Positions 50,524 to 63,700 of a stretch of 64,000 bases of DNA are shown piece after piece. The notes under the pieces were generated by a model. It was not told the origin of the DNA, did not search any database, and saw nothing but the letters and a program-made list of their open reading frames with translations. Position 1 is the first letter of the stretch. Every line of letters begins with the position of its first letter. Position numbers and translations under genes: made by a program. Origin of the DNA: Ramazzottius varieornatus (lineage: Eukaryota; Animalia; Tardigrada); the NCBI GenBank assembly GCA_001949185.1, contig BDGG01000012.1, positions 302,973 to 366,972 of the forward strand, given 5' to 3'.

Positions 50524-53500
50524 CTACGGCAGTTCAGAGGAGACTTGAATATTAGCAGGTGCAGTAGACTGCGGCGACTCACTGCGTTTAGGTACCGCCT
50601 TTGCCGCCGTCGCCGCCTTCGTCGTTCCAGACTCCTTGGCTTTCTTTGCCGGTGTCGACGTTGGACTGGTCTTCAATCCAGCCGCGTTCTTCCGTGGCTT
50701 CCCGTCCTTGTTCAGCTTGATCACCACGGGTAGAGGTGGTCGGAGAATGTCGTTGACGGTGACGTTGGAACGCGAAGTGCTGGCTGGAGCTGGGACGGGC
50801 ACCGGCACTGCGATGTGCCGCAGAGCAGGCTCTCTGGGCTTGACAGCTACAACGGAGCTGAGGCGTTCCAGGTTCCGCAAGTCGCTCTGGTAACTGTTAA
50901 GCTTCTTCTGCAACTCAGCAAAGTCCTTGTCCGCGTCTTGAGGTGTCGCGGCGAACTTGGTACCGTACTTATCATCACAGGCCTTCTCCATTTCTGAAAA
51001 AAAGGAAACTGGATGGTTTAAACGCCGTTGTCACATTAGAACTGAAATTCATTAACTGAACCACACAACTATAGTCTAAAATTATGATTATATCAATCAG
51101 AAACTTTCACGAAATAAGACTTAGTTAAGCAAACAAACTGGACACAATCAATTTCAAGTGGCGCACGATTCCTGTGTCATTGGTCGAAAACATGCGCCGG
51201 TGGGGAAAAACAATATTGTCCAGTTCGCGAGTGGCGCACGATTTCAGTGGGAATGGCCACAAAAATGCGGCACTTGGAGAGGCCAGTTTTTCCAGTTTGT
51301 TTCTAATGTGAGAAGTGAAATTAAAAAGATATCCGATCTCGAGTACGAACCTAACATGTGTGCTTCGAGATCGTCCAGATACTTTTCCAGTGCGTCTTCT
51401 CGGTTGTTACAGGCTTTGAGGATGGCCGGTAAATTGCCCTCCAGACACAACGCCATGACGTCCGGGTCAATGTCGGTCATGATAAATGCGGAAGGTGCAG
51501 TTGAAGGTCCGCTGACTACCGGTTCAGGTATCTCGAACGACCTGTCCGGGGAAGGTATCTCGACTGAGTTAGCGCTCTTATTCATCTTCACTTCATCTTC
51601 GGGGCTCTCTGCTGGATGCGCGACACGAGGACTCCAGCTCGGTGGAGTGAACGGGTAAACTTCGGGACTCTGTGGGTCCGCATCGGCACCCGGAAGTCCA
51701 TTCACCATACTCTTGAACGAATTCGTACCTATAATTTCAAATTCTCCTTCATACTTCTATACTTTCTCGAGCTTTCTAAATTTTTATCGCCTCATTTCTA
51801 TGTGGTCTCTCTGATTTGAGTTCTTCATGTATGTTCGGATTTTGAAAAACTGAAATTCTTCGCTGATGTACCGCTTTCGTACCGTTGTTCAGCTGGTTGC
51901 GGGGTCGAGGTGGAATGACGGCGAACTCTGGGCTTTCTACCCTTTCTGGTACCGGTGGGATGGTGGTCGGCATCTGCAAGTTACTGACCGACGGAAAAGA
52001 CAAGTCTGATTGGGCGAAGGTCATTCTGACACCCTGGAAGGTTCGTTCAGGTAGCTTCTCAATGTCCAGCAGTTTCTCAGATGAGCCCGCCCTCTCCTTT
52101 GGGCCTGTATCGCTTTCTGCTTCCAACGCGTCCATGGGCTGGTCCACCTCGGCCAAGTTGTCGATGGAAGCCGAATCGGGAGGCGGTTCTTGTCCACTTA
52201 TGCGACGCACCTCCGACAGCGCTGAAAGCTCTCGAGGAGACATCAGACGGTCTTTGAGAAGTTCGCCGATTGGAAAGTCAGACAGGCCCGCGTTGGCTCC
52301 ATGATGAACCTGAAAGAAGTAACCGCTTTTGTCATCACGCACTTACTAAGCTGAGAAAATGGAAAACGGCACCGTTAATGCTCCTGCATACCGAGTTACG
52401 GTACTATACCTACGGCAGCCTGTATGCAGGTTGATGCGAACAGACGGTTCGTACGTCTCTATGGTCCATACCAGTTTTCAATACTGCCTATACAGGCCGG
52501 TGTATGCAGGTACGTGAGAGTACGTTAAAAGTTTTGTGGCGGTCTCCCAAAAGTGACAATGAATAATTACCAGTAGTCGATACGTACCGTGGAATGCGCT
52601 TCGCCGACGGGTGAAAAGTCTTGTGGCAGACCGTTCATGGCAAAAACTGGCAAGCTGACATCCGAGCCATCCAACATGTTCTCTCCCACCGCCTCACCGT
52701 TACTGACCACCAGCTTTTCCAGCAGTTCCTCCAAGTTCAGGTTCTCCAAGGCCGACTCTGGTATGTTCTTCAAAGCGTTGCTCAGCTTCACTTGGTCCGC
52801 ATGAGTCTTACAGATGCTGCTTAAGAACAACCCATTCTTCGTATGAGCTTCCTGGGCGGCGATCAGCGAACGACTGACTTTCCTTAGCGTTCGTATCTGG
52901 TCGTTACAATGTAGTGTATCGTCCACTAAACTCTGATAGAGTTCCTTGTTCTGCACTTGGAGAGGCTCGTCTTCTTCCAGCGGAGTGAATGCCGGTAGGC
53001 GCCCTGAAAAGACACAAGCATGATCATTTCGACAAAACTACTCGGATCTACTTAACTGCACGTCTCATTTGTTATTTCGGGTCTTTTGTATGCTGAACTT
53101 GATATTCGGATTCGAACCTGCTCGAAGGAACTGAAGATCGTGGCTGGCGTGGCGTTGACCATAGCGGACACTCTTAGGAGCTCGGCAGAAGTCGCAGACG
53201 TAGTGCTTGGGCACTTCGCTTTCAAGCTCGATGCCGTAGCAGTGGCCGTGCTGCCATGTGGCGCAGAGCTCACACTGGATCATGAAGCCGTTCTCCATCT
53301 CATAGCCACACGTGCAGTGGACTAGCTCGTGGTCATTCTGAATGTACTGGTTGACTTCTTCGGTCTCAGAATCATCTCCTGCTTCATTCCTGCTGTAGAA
53401 AAAACACATCATTTCATCAAGGCTTTCAGACAACACGATGGTTATACGGCTTTCACCTGCGAACTTTGCTTCTCGACGAAGGCTCCGCCCTCCATTTCGC

Positions 53501-56500
53501 CCTTACACCCGGCGTGACTCCCATCATACCAAACGCAGCTTCCACACCGAGCGAGTGCCGAGACGACGTCTTTTGCTTCTTGAACGACTGTCGACGACTG
53601 TTGCTACTGTCCTTCTTGCTTCTCTTGTCCTCCACATGAAGTCCCAAAGACGATCTCTCCCGCTTGGTCTTCTTCTTCCTCCTAGGCGGTTCCGCTGCCC
53701 CCACCACTTCATGCTCCAGCGCCCCTCTGTCTTCGTTCGCAGCTGAGACTGCCTTCTCTTCCACAACCGCAAACTTCTCTTCAGACTTGACTACCGACGA
53801 AGAAGAAGAAGGCTTTGGTGGACTTTGCAAGACATCGTGAAGTTTCTTCGGTGATTTCCGTTCGGGACTCTTTGGAGGTGACGCTTCTTTTACCACTTCC
53901 TTCGTGACTTCCTTGACGGGTGTCTTGAGGGGTATGGGGATCACAACGTGCTGCATGGCTGTTACAAGCTTGGAACTTTTTGTGGCCGGTTCTGGTGGAA
54001 GCACAGGTTGGAGAGCCGAGAGGAGCATTCCCAGAGTGGCAGCACCAAAATCATCACCTTCGCCTAACGACGAAGTTGAGGACTTCTTTTTCTTAGGCGC
54101 TGCTACAACTGCAGCTACAGTAGCTGCTTCCACGGGCCTCTCTTCTTCCGGCTCCACTGAAACAGAACAACCAGATTAACATTCCGCGCGTTCCAAGGTC
54201 CATGGTCCATGAGCCTGCATCCGAGTGACCATGCCCTTCTCAGATACAGCTGTATGCAGGTGCGGGCAAACTTCAGTTTAGAGAATTTGCATATTCTTGA
54301 AAGTTAGAAAAGAAGTTACTTTCTTTGGTTTTGCAATGCGACTATGCGTACCTGTGAGGCCACCGGTAAAGAGCTGATGGTAGTGTTTCAGATGGCTCTC
54401 CAGAAGCTGCTGCTTGCGGAAGGATTTCTGGCATTCAGCGACGTTGCACTTGAACTCGTTATGATCCAGCCGAATAATGAGCTCCTTCGGCGCCAAGATC
54501 TTCGGTCTTTTAGTTCTCGAAGATACACCAGAACCTTCTTCGTTGACCCAATCACCCTCTCCCGCACTTGCATCAATGAGATTCTTGATCGTCTTTGGTC
54601 GTCCGGAACGCTTCTTCGCCATTGGACTTGCTCCTTCTTCAGTAGTAGCTGAAGTTGAGGGTGCTACGAAAACCCAAGTTATATCCTTTTCTCCATATTG
54701 CCGGACGTCTAATTAATTTGAACCATTATTTCACAACTGTACAGAATCTCAAATTTTTTTTACAATTTATTTTTTAAAAATTGTCGTATTTTGAGCGTTT
54801 GGGAGATCAGAAAACAAATTCGGCCAGATCGTTTCGTCAAGTGGCCCATGCTGTCAGCAACAACACTGAGAACGTGCGCCACTTGGTAAATCGACAAGAT
54901 CGCTTGTCGATCCCAAGTGGCGCACGTTCCTAGACATTAAAACCTTGCGTTACTTGGGAAAACGATCTGGTCGATAGTGTTCGCCGAGCTCCTATTTAAA
55001 CTGTATTCTATTCAGTTACTGTTCAGTACCTGACGAGCTCTCTTCCACTTCGCCCTCCACTCTCTGCTTCTTCCGAGGTTTCTTGGCGTTCGTCGAAGCC
55101 AAGGAAATCTGCGCTTCGATCTGGTCGCTGGTTGGTTCGTCGTCGTCGATGGAGGTTTCCTTCGCCAAAGAGTGCCTAGCCGGCAGTGACTGTGAAGTCG
55201 AAGGCTGCTTGTCCTCAGGCTTCTTCTCCATTTTACCATCAACCTTCGCCTCGATGTTTTTTGCAGATTCCGGTTCGGCAGCTCTCTTCATGGACTTGGA
55301 GGAACTTGTCTTCTTTCCGGGCATGAGGATCGAAACGACTGGCTCACTCTTTTCTTTCGACGGAGCCGTAGTCGTGTCCAACTTGGGTACGGACACTCTT
55401 TCGATCGATGGTCTCGCCGAATTTCGGCCTGCATCCAACGGTATGACCACCGCCGCACTCTGAGCCTCGTCTTTGGAAAGCTTGATGGGCGATGCATGGA
55501 GAATGGTCTTTTCTTTCTTCGATCCAGAGTTCGTTGCAGATGGCGTCACCAGCACCGGCTCCTTCTCCACTTCTGGAACAAACAGCAACATTCTACATCC
55601 AAACTGCATAAAACTTAAGCAGAATTTCCCCTGTGCTCCGAAATACAACAGCTCCACAAGGAGCTACCCGTAAATAACAATACACACATGCACCACGCAC
55701 ATGCATACATTGAGTCGAAAATTCGATTCGATATACCGGTATGCAGGTGCCGGTCTCACAGAAATCTTTTCGTTACCTGCAGAAATTTCATCGACTGGCT
55801 CAGGAGTCTGTGTTCCCGACGCCGGCGTTTCATCTGCATCTGTCTTGGTCTTACGCTTCTTCCGTCCTCCTATCAGCACTGAATCGTTGAACTTTGAGGG
55901 TTTCTTGGGTTGGCGTTTGGGCTTGGATGACGAGGTGATCAGAAGTTCGGCGGGAGGAGCTGCGCCGCGGACGGCAGGACCTGGTGGCCTTCCCGGCTTC
56001 TTGCCACTCTTCTTAGCCGTGTTCAGTACATTCCCTTCAGAAGTTGACGGCATGTTTGCGTTCGATTCTGCTATCGTAGGTTCGGCAAGTTGAGCTGTGG
56101 TAGCACCGTCAACTTCGTCAAAAGTGTAGGTTGATTCTGTTTCAGCGGGCTCTTCTGACACCGCACGATCAGCCTCGGCTGTCTTCGACTGTTTTGTCAG
56201 CGTAGACGGATGTGTCTTTTTTAGCTCAGTCAATCGCTGTAAGTACGCAAAATCAGGTCAAGCAAGCAAACTGCTAACCAGGGTGGAGCCACCCATTTTC
56301 TGTTTAAAACAAGAGGCGTACTAGAGAAATCAAAGGCCCAGCGTATTTCCAAGACCTGCACACCAATGACACCACAAGTCACACCTTTACCCCCTCTTTT
56401 AGGCATGCAGATCGGTAGAAACTGAACGTCCTAGGTTCCTCTTTCTCACAGTTACAGTAACTGGTAAATTAGGACCGGCATTCGTTTCCTTGTTTGTTTC

Positions 56501-58539
56501 CTCCTTTCTCACTGTACTATTCACTATACCAAAAGGCCGTTGAAGTTGGAACTCGGTATGCAAGGCTTTGCTCTTAGATTTCTTACCTCCAAATCTTCCT
56601 CATGCTTCTCTCTCATCTGGGGCGACATTCGCCTAAGTCCTTTTGTTGTTACTGTCTTCTGCGAACCATCGTGAAAGAGCATCACATACTCTACAGCGAA
56701 AGGGGTACACGGTAAGACACGCGAGTTTCACAGGAAGACCGCCCGGTCGGTGTATTCTTACTCAGTGTATTCTTCTCGTTCAGAACTTGGATGACGAGAC
56801 CGGCCTGTGTTGCTTTGCTCACTTGAGCAATCGCAAAGTCTCCGACCGAGTAGTTTTCCGGACGCTCAGAGAACTTTTCTCCGGTCAACGGACGGAGTCG
56901 CTCGCTGTCCATCGGCAACCACTCGTCGTATCGGGCATTCCATCCTTCAAAGTGAACCTTCACCTTGTGTTCATTATGATCTATTTCAACCAGCTTGGAC
57001 TTGTACCTAGAAGCAGATTCCAGGTCAGAACATTCGACCACGATTTTGTCTTTTCGCTCACCAAGTATTCGTCATGGCATCGCTCGCTTCACATTTCTCT
57101 CCTTCCGTAAACTCCATTTTTGGTGTTTTGCTTCTTCGCGTCCTGGTTGACGGCGCATCTTGCTTTATTCCTTTCGATGTTGTCAATTTGTTCGTTATGC
57201 CTTTTGTTCTATCTCCGTCCGTCGTTTCTTTGCTGGTACTTCGGGACGTCGAAGGTTTCGAATCAGCCTCGTCAAGCTTCTTTTTCTTTCCAGCTGCCCT
57301 CTTCACTTCCTTTCCCTCCACCGCTTCAGCAGTACTACTTGCTGTCTTACCCATGGTCTGGCTGTCCGAAGAAAGCTCGCTTAAAGTAGCAGGAGAAACG
57401 ATGAACGTCGAACCGGACGTCTCTTTCGGAAGAAGATTCGGGCAGCTTTCCGGGATTAGCTGGAAAATACCTTCCGAGTTTACGCCCAATGTGGGAACTG
57501 AGGCTGAGGGAGTGGTCGTTACGAAAGAAGGAGCGGATGCCCAAGGACACGTAATGTCTTCTGTGACTGGAGGATTAACCGTCACAAAGGACGGGGTCCA
57601 CGCAACTTGCGACGGCTGAGAGAACGATACTGACGGTGCAAATGCGGATACGGTCGGTAAACCACCGGCTGCTGGAAAGGTCAGCTGCCAGTTAAGGATC
57701 GAGGAAGGGCTGAAGAAGTACGGAGTCGACGGAGTAGCAAGAGAAGTCACCTACAAGTAGAGTAATCGATCATCGGCGTCGAAACTCGGAATACAGTATA
57801 ACCAGTTAAACCACACAGCTCATCTGCCGAATAGCGTCACACAATGGACTCGTGTTAACTGACGTACGGATCGCCGCTTGTGAAGAACGAATGACGTCAT
57901 ACGCATCCATTAATCAGTGTCAGATGTATTTCTGGTGGTCTATCATATATTAAAACCAGACTTGCAGTTTTATGGGGTAGTTTGCACCGACGCAGCAAAT
58001 AAACCGGTAGAATTTCGTACCTGGGGAAGAACTTGATAGGTTGTTTCTTGATTCCCGAAGCCAGACCAAGTCCGCGGAACGCTAAGAGAAGCAGCAGGAG
58101 GTAACTTAGTAGACGTTGAGGAGACTGAAGGCGGCTCGACGATTCGCGTTTCTACGACAGTCGCCTTCGGACTTGGTGGCACAACCACTGTCTTCTTGAC
58201 AAAAGACGATACAGCAGAGGACTGAGGTTTAATCCGAGCTTTTGTTTTCACGGGAACAGTGGGATGGCTGGTGTAGGAAGGCACTGAGGTAATGCCAGCA
58301 GTATCCGGAACGGGCAGTGTCGCAGCTGGTGTGACTGCAGATTTCGGATCCCCAACTTTCTCGGAAGACTCAACAGGTCTGACAGAAGTAATTCCTGAAG
58401 GCAAGATGCGGCTAGGATCAATAGAAGGCAGTGCAGACGAGTGGGCAGGTGAGACAGTAGAGACGAGAGTCAAATCGCAGTCTCCAAGCGCTTGCTGTGA
58501 AGAGTTAGGTGCAGCCGATCCATGTTCATTTGACGTCAT
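50524..58539 (-). CDS. PHF20: PHF20/PHF20L1/MBD-R2-like chromatin reader (Tudor, C2H2, PHD)
   Basis: Tudor W|[34 protein letters not shown]; C2H2 [24 protein letters not shown]; [37 protein letters not shown]. 5' start uncertain. Confidence 0.88.
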
Positions 58540-59232
58540 TGCCAGATGGTCAGTACTTGGAAGACATCATCGGACATGGATTGCACCTTGTTTCCTGCGA
58601 CAGATACAGACAGATATAGAGTAAACAACAAGAACACCAAAGCCGTTAGGTTAACCGCCAATTTCTCAGTCAAAGCTCCCAACTTACGTTTCAGGCTTCA
58701 TCAGATACTCGTACAGAAGCTAGAAGATCCCTGCCTTCCATAGGAAATGGGGTCTTGACATATGATGTAGATGTACAAAGAGAAGAACTCAAAGAAGGAA
58801 CAAAACAATCACCGGAAGTCGACTCGATAAAATCGTGTATACTTCATCATTCATGTGGTGCATCATGCAACCATCGCCCATCCTGTGCGCAGCAATAGGG
58901 CGGAGTCAATTTTTGTGTACGTGCGCACATACGAGGATTTCAACCCAGGAAACCGCGCTCGCATGCTGCTGGGTAGAGTTATCGTGAAACTCTCGTTGAA
59001 AGCAGCAACAAGGGCCAGTTATACAAAAAAAGTAATTAGCGTTCTTGCCTTTTAACGTTTGTCTCCATCGTGAAGCATTCCCGACCTGCAGCTGGATCAC
59101 TTTGAGTCTTTGACGTACCTGAAGCTCTGGAGGTCGAACACAATAATCAGACACCGTGCGCTCTTAACGTATCCGTCGTTTGCGAAGGGATAGTCTGAGT
59201 CACCTCGAGCGAAAGAACACTAAAGCGCAACT

Positions 59233-60044
59233 ATGGTAAGCTAAGCTTTTTAAGAAACTGTTGCCTTTGATGAATCTCCCCAGTCCCACTGATATCTTTT
59301 GTGGCAATAAGTGATCATGACAATCTTCGTTCTAGTCGGTAACACTTCATACTGATTGTGGAGACATCAAACTGGAGCTGTTTTGCGAAGAATGCCCCAA
59401 GGCATGCCAGGTAAAGTGCGACTTCCGGTCACTGTAGCATGTTGAGGTCTTCGCTCTAGCGCAACCGTGAGTGTGATAACTATTGAATTCCACTTCGCCA
59501 AATTTTGCAAACACAAGAAGATTTGCCAAGTAACCCATGTTGTCTTCCGCAGAATTTTCTCGCTCTTTGTGCGAGTGGATATTATGACAATTGTCTGTTT
59601 CACCGAGTGATCAAGGGGTTCATGGTACAGTCGGGAGACCCCACTGGCACTGGGAAAGGCGGAAGCAGTATCTGGGGGAAGAAATTCGAGGATGAAGTTC
59701 GCGATGATCTAAGGCACAACAAGCGCGGCGTGCTGGCCATGGCAAACAATGGTCCCAACACCAACGCTTCCCAGTTCTATATCAGTGTATCTCCGCAGCC
59801 GAATTTGGATCTAAAGTACACAGTCTTCGGCAGGTAAAGACCGTGACGACAACGCTTTGGGTGAATAGTGGCTTCTTTGGTTCGGAAATAACATTGGTTC
59901 GGAGATTCTTCTTTGTATAGCATGATCGACGGAGACGATGCCCTTTCTGCAATCGAGAAGCTTCCGGTCGACGCCAAGTACCGTCCACTCAAGCCTTGCA
60001 GGATAACCGGAGTGACTATCCACGCAAACCCCATGGCTGGTTGA
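59233..60044 (+). CDS. PPIL3: Peptidyl-prolyl isomerase-like 3 (cyclophilin)
   Basis: M|[25 protein letters not shown]|[53 protein letters not shown]. Confidence 0.95.
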
Positions 60045-60709
60045 CGGCAGATGTTTTTCTGGTTCTCAAAGACGAACACTCTTGAACGGACGTCAGGAAC
60101 GGTCAGTCTTTTCAGCATCGTCTCTCTCCAAAGCCTCAGTTTTACTGCGCGATGCAGCAGTTGTTCCGTTGTTGTTTTATTTGCGGAAACTAAATTGGAA
60201 TTTTTGGAGTTGTTCTGCGTGGAACGAAGTATCGAACAGATATTATGAGCTCAACCCATGGCACTTTACCGTGAGTTTGTTTTTCATTTCCTCCAATCGA
60301 GGACGGCGTAAAATTTGCTGAAGGAAGGCTTGGTTTCCAGTTAATGGATAGAATGATTATTTTGCGCGGAAAAGGTCGCGTGGGCTGATCAGGCCGTAAG
60401 GCTTCAACAAGATGACTTCACGGATGTTCCCGACGATATGATATTGCACAAAAGTCTAGGATCTCCAGTGACCATCGACCATCATGGGAATGTGGCCTGA
60501 AGTTTTTTAGAGCCACAACAGCCTCCAACTCTGAAATTTGGGTTGCCCTGCCTCTTGTTTGCATTTTTCAGTTTTAGGTTCGTAACTTTGTAAACAAAAC
60601 AAACTTCATTTTAGTTTTCATTCCCATTTTGCATCTCATCCTTCTTCTTCCCGTCATCGCTATTCCCTCTATTTTAGTTTTTCCTTCTTTTCTAGGTGTC
60701 GCTCTAAAG

Positions 60710-63700
60710 ATGGCTAGTCGAGGAGTCGGTCGAGGAACGGCTTTTGGACGAGGAATCCGTTTTGAGGCCTTGCCAGACAGCGCAGCGACTGGAGCATCCC
60801 AAGCAGCTGGTCGAGGATTTCCTATCCATCGCGCGGCTGCCCAACCTGCTCAACCGGACATTGCTGCTTTTCTGGAGACTTTGGTAATCGTAAGTGCAAC
60901 TTCTAACTCGAAACTTGCTCGTCTTGCCTGGACTTTTGTTCTGAATTGCCTTTGCGTAAGGTGATGATGATTCTCCATTGCGTCGTTTTTGCAGACAACT
61001 CAGACTCCTGGTCGGAAGTTGACGAAGGATGGAGAAGAACGTGAGTGAGGCTTAGAGAATTCTGCATGGTTTTCTTACACTTCTGACAGTTTACTTTCCT
61101 CCAAGCACTTCTGTTGTTTCTGTGTTTCCTCGTCGTTGTCATTCGTGGATATATTTACTTCCAGGACGAGCACGGGGAGATCTCGATATCAAACGACCGT
61201 TCTACAGAATCCCCAAGCGCTCAAGGATAATTTCATCACTGATCGTGGACGGCTCACTCTTCTGGAGCAATCTGGCGGGAAAGAAGGTTATGAAGAATGG
61301 CATTCTTTGAACTTCCGGGTTGAGGCTTTAAATGATTCGGTTGATTGATGTTGATTTGTTATCTCAAATAGGTTCGGAAGGATCAAAAGTCGCTCTCAAG
61401 GCCAACTACTTCCACGTTCGCAGTGACAAGACTCTAACATACACGTTGGCCGTCTTCAGCGTCCAGTTCTCTCCTATCGTCGAGTACCGACAAGAGCGAC
61501 TAGAAATTCTTCGTGAGATGGAAGCCATGAAGAAAGTCCAGCTTGGATTCTTATACGATGGCAAACCCCACGTCTTCGTCCCCACGCAGTATCACAAGAC
61601 TCTGCTGGACGGCGGAAAGGTGAGCACTGAGTAGAGTTCACAGTTAGAAAATGACAATCAATCTGAACATTTGGATTAATTGTGAATGCAGCTGATATAT
61701 CCACACAACAGAAACTTACAGTGCTTACTCCCAAGTCCCAATCACTTGATGTTTTGGTCGTGTGATATTTTCACGACCAAAACAAACTTTTGCTCGTAGG
61801 TTTTTGAAGACACGTGTAAGCATCTGCGCCAAGGAAAAGTCACGTTGGTCTACAAGGGCAATTATGGTCGCGTGAAGGACGCTGATGACATGGAGCTTGG
61901 CACAGCGCATGGCGTGGTCAACGACGTCCTTTCCGAGTGAGTGCTACGTAAGCTTTGGTACAGTGACTTGCTGAGGTCGAAAATTGTGTAACTTCCTTGT
62001 GGTACAGGATTTTGACCGGGGATGACTGCGGCAACATGATGCTTCGCATCGAAGATGGCTTTTTCCGCTAAGGCGATCAAACGGAGATTTGAGGCCTTGT
62101 GAACGTCCCGTTCAAGTAAACTTAGTTACGAGAACTCTTCCTTACATCTCTACATGGTAGCTCAAAAGAGAATTTTGTGAACATTCTTTTCTGGTAGGTT
62201 AAGTGTCTGACCAGGCTACCTGCCGTTGGTCAAGCAGTTCGACGCTGGACTTCTCCTCAATCTGGACCTCTGCAACCGCTTCATCCGTACAGGGACAGTG
62301 CTGGACTGCATCAAGAAAATTCCATGCCCGCCCGGCTCGGACGAGCACGCCAAAAACTGTGAAGCCGTGCTGAAGAACATGATCGTCCTTACCAAGTACG
62401 ACCTCCTCTCAGCAATATTCTGATTGTTACATGAGTATTGTTATTGACTGATTTTCCTCGTTGGTTTCAGGTACAACGACATGGCCTACAAGATCTACGA
62501 AGTCACCTACAAGAAGAATGTGGATTCGAAATTCGAGCGGAAGGTCGTTGGTAAGAACAAGCAGGGCATCTACGGGCACAGTCCTCCACTAATTACACCA
62601 TTCGCGAGTACATAAAGATGGTGAGTGTAAGCTCACAATCTGGATCGACCAGCTGAACAGTCCTCTCCTGATTTTCTTGTTACATAAATGCTCTTTCTCA
62701 GATGTATGGCGCCCAGCCCGACATGGACGTCAAGAACCTCACCCAGCCGATTCTTGAATGCTTCAGAGCTACTGGTGAGACGCCGGCCAAGAAGTCCAAA
62801 GGCGAGAAACCCGAAACGGTGTCTATCGGTAACGACTATCATAATTCTAAATTGTTTTTTAGCGTGGGAGCTCGGCAGTCAGACCGGACAAGATTGTTTT
62901 CCCAAGTGGCGCATGTTGCCAGTGTTACTGGGTGGTAGCGTCCGCCGCTCGAAAAACGAGCTTGTTGATTTTGGCTGTGGACCTCCCACATATTGCTGAC
63001 TTCAGTGGATTTTCTTTTTATTTTGTATGTTTACAGTGCCCGAATTGGCGTTGCTGACTGGTCTAACCGACGATCTGCGGACCAACTTTAGCAACATGAA
63101 CAAGATCCTCGATTCAGTTCGCAAGAAACCCGGCAAGCGAGACGAGGTTTGCGGACTGTTTGCCCTTGGACTGAGCAAGTATAAGGCTGTCCTTTCACAT
63201 TTACAAACCTTCTGCGAAACTTGTGAACGTTTCTTGTATCACGCAGTCATCCAAAAGCCAAGGAGAAGATGGCGGCATGGGCCATGACGATGGACGCCAA
63301 CCTGCTGGACCTGGAAGGACGCGAGCTGCCGACGGTCCATCTTGCCCAGGCCGGAAATAAAACGGTTCGTTAAGTCTTCCTTGTAAATTTACTGTTGTTA
63401 GAATTTCCTATTAATGTCCACCGATTCGGTGAACCAGAATAAATAAATTGGAATAAAAAAGCAGAATTTAATATTTGAATAGACAACGCTTAGGGAGAGA
63501 TAATTATTCTACATATGTATCATGAAGGCTGCGTACGATCGCGTGGATGCCGACGGGACTCGAAACCTCCGCGGCAACAAGCTGGACGAAGCCGGTGTCA
63601 TGAACAACATCACCGTCTTTTACTCTCAGCCAGATAAGAATAAGGCTGGTGACTTTCACACCATGTTGGGAGAAGTGGGTGCACCGATGGGGATGAAGTT

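Noticed and set aside
57074-57619. Long plus-strand ORFs opposite PHF20 (also 55083-55463, 51885-52304) and opposite ATP8A (40215-40856)
   Set aside because: Antisense shadows of real exons.
62069-62210. Stop-codon recoding or selenocysteine in Piwi
   Set aside because: Stops are mixed TAA and TGA and come with a frameshift and a deletion; other genes use standard stops.
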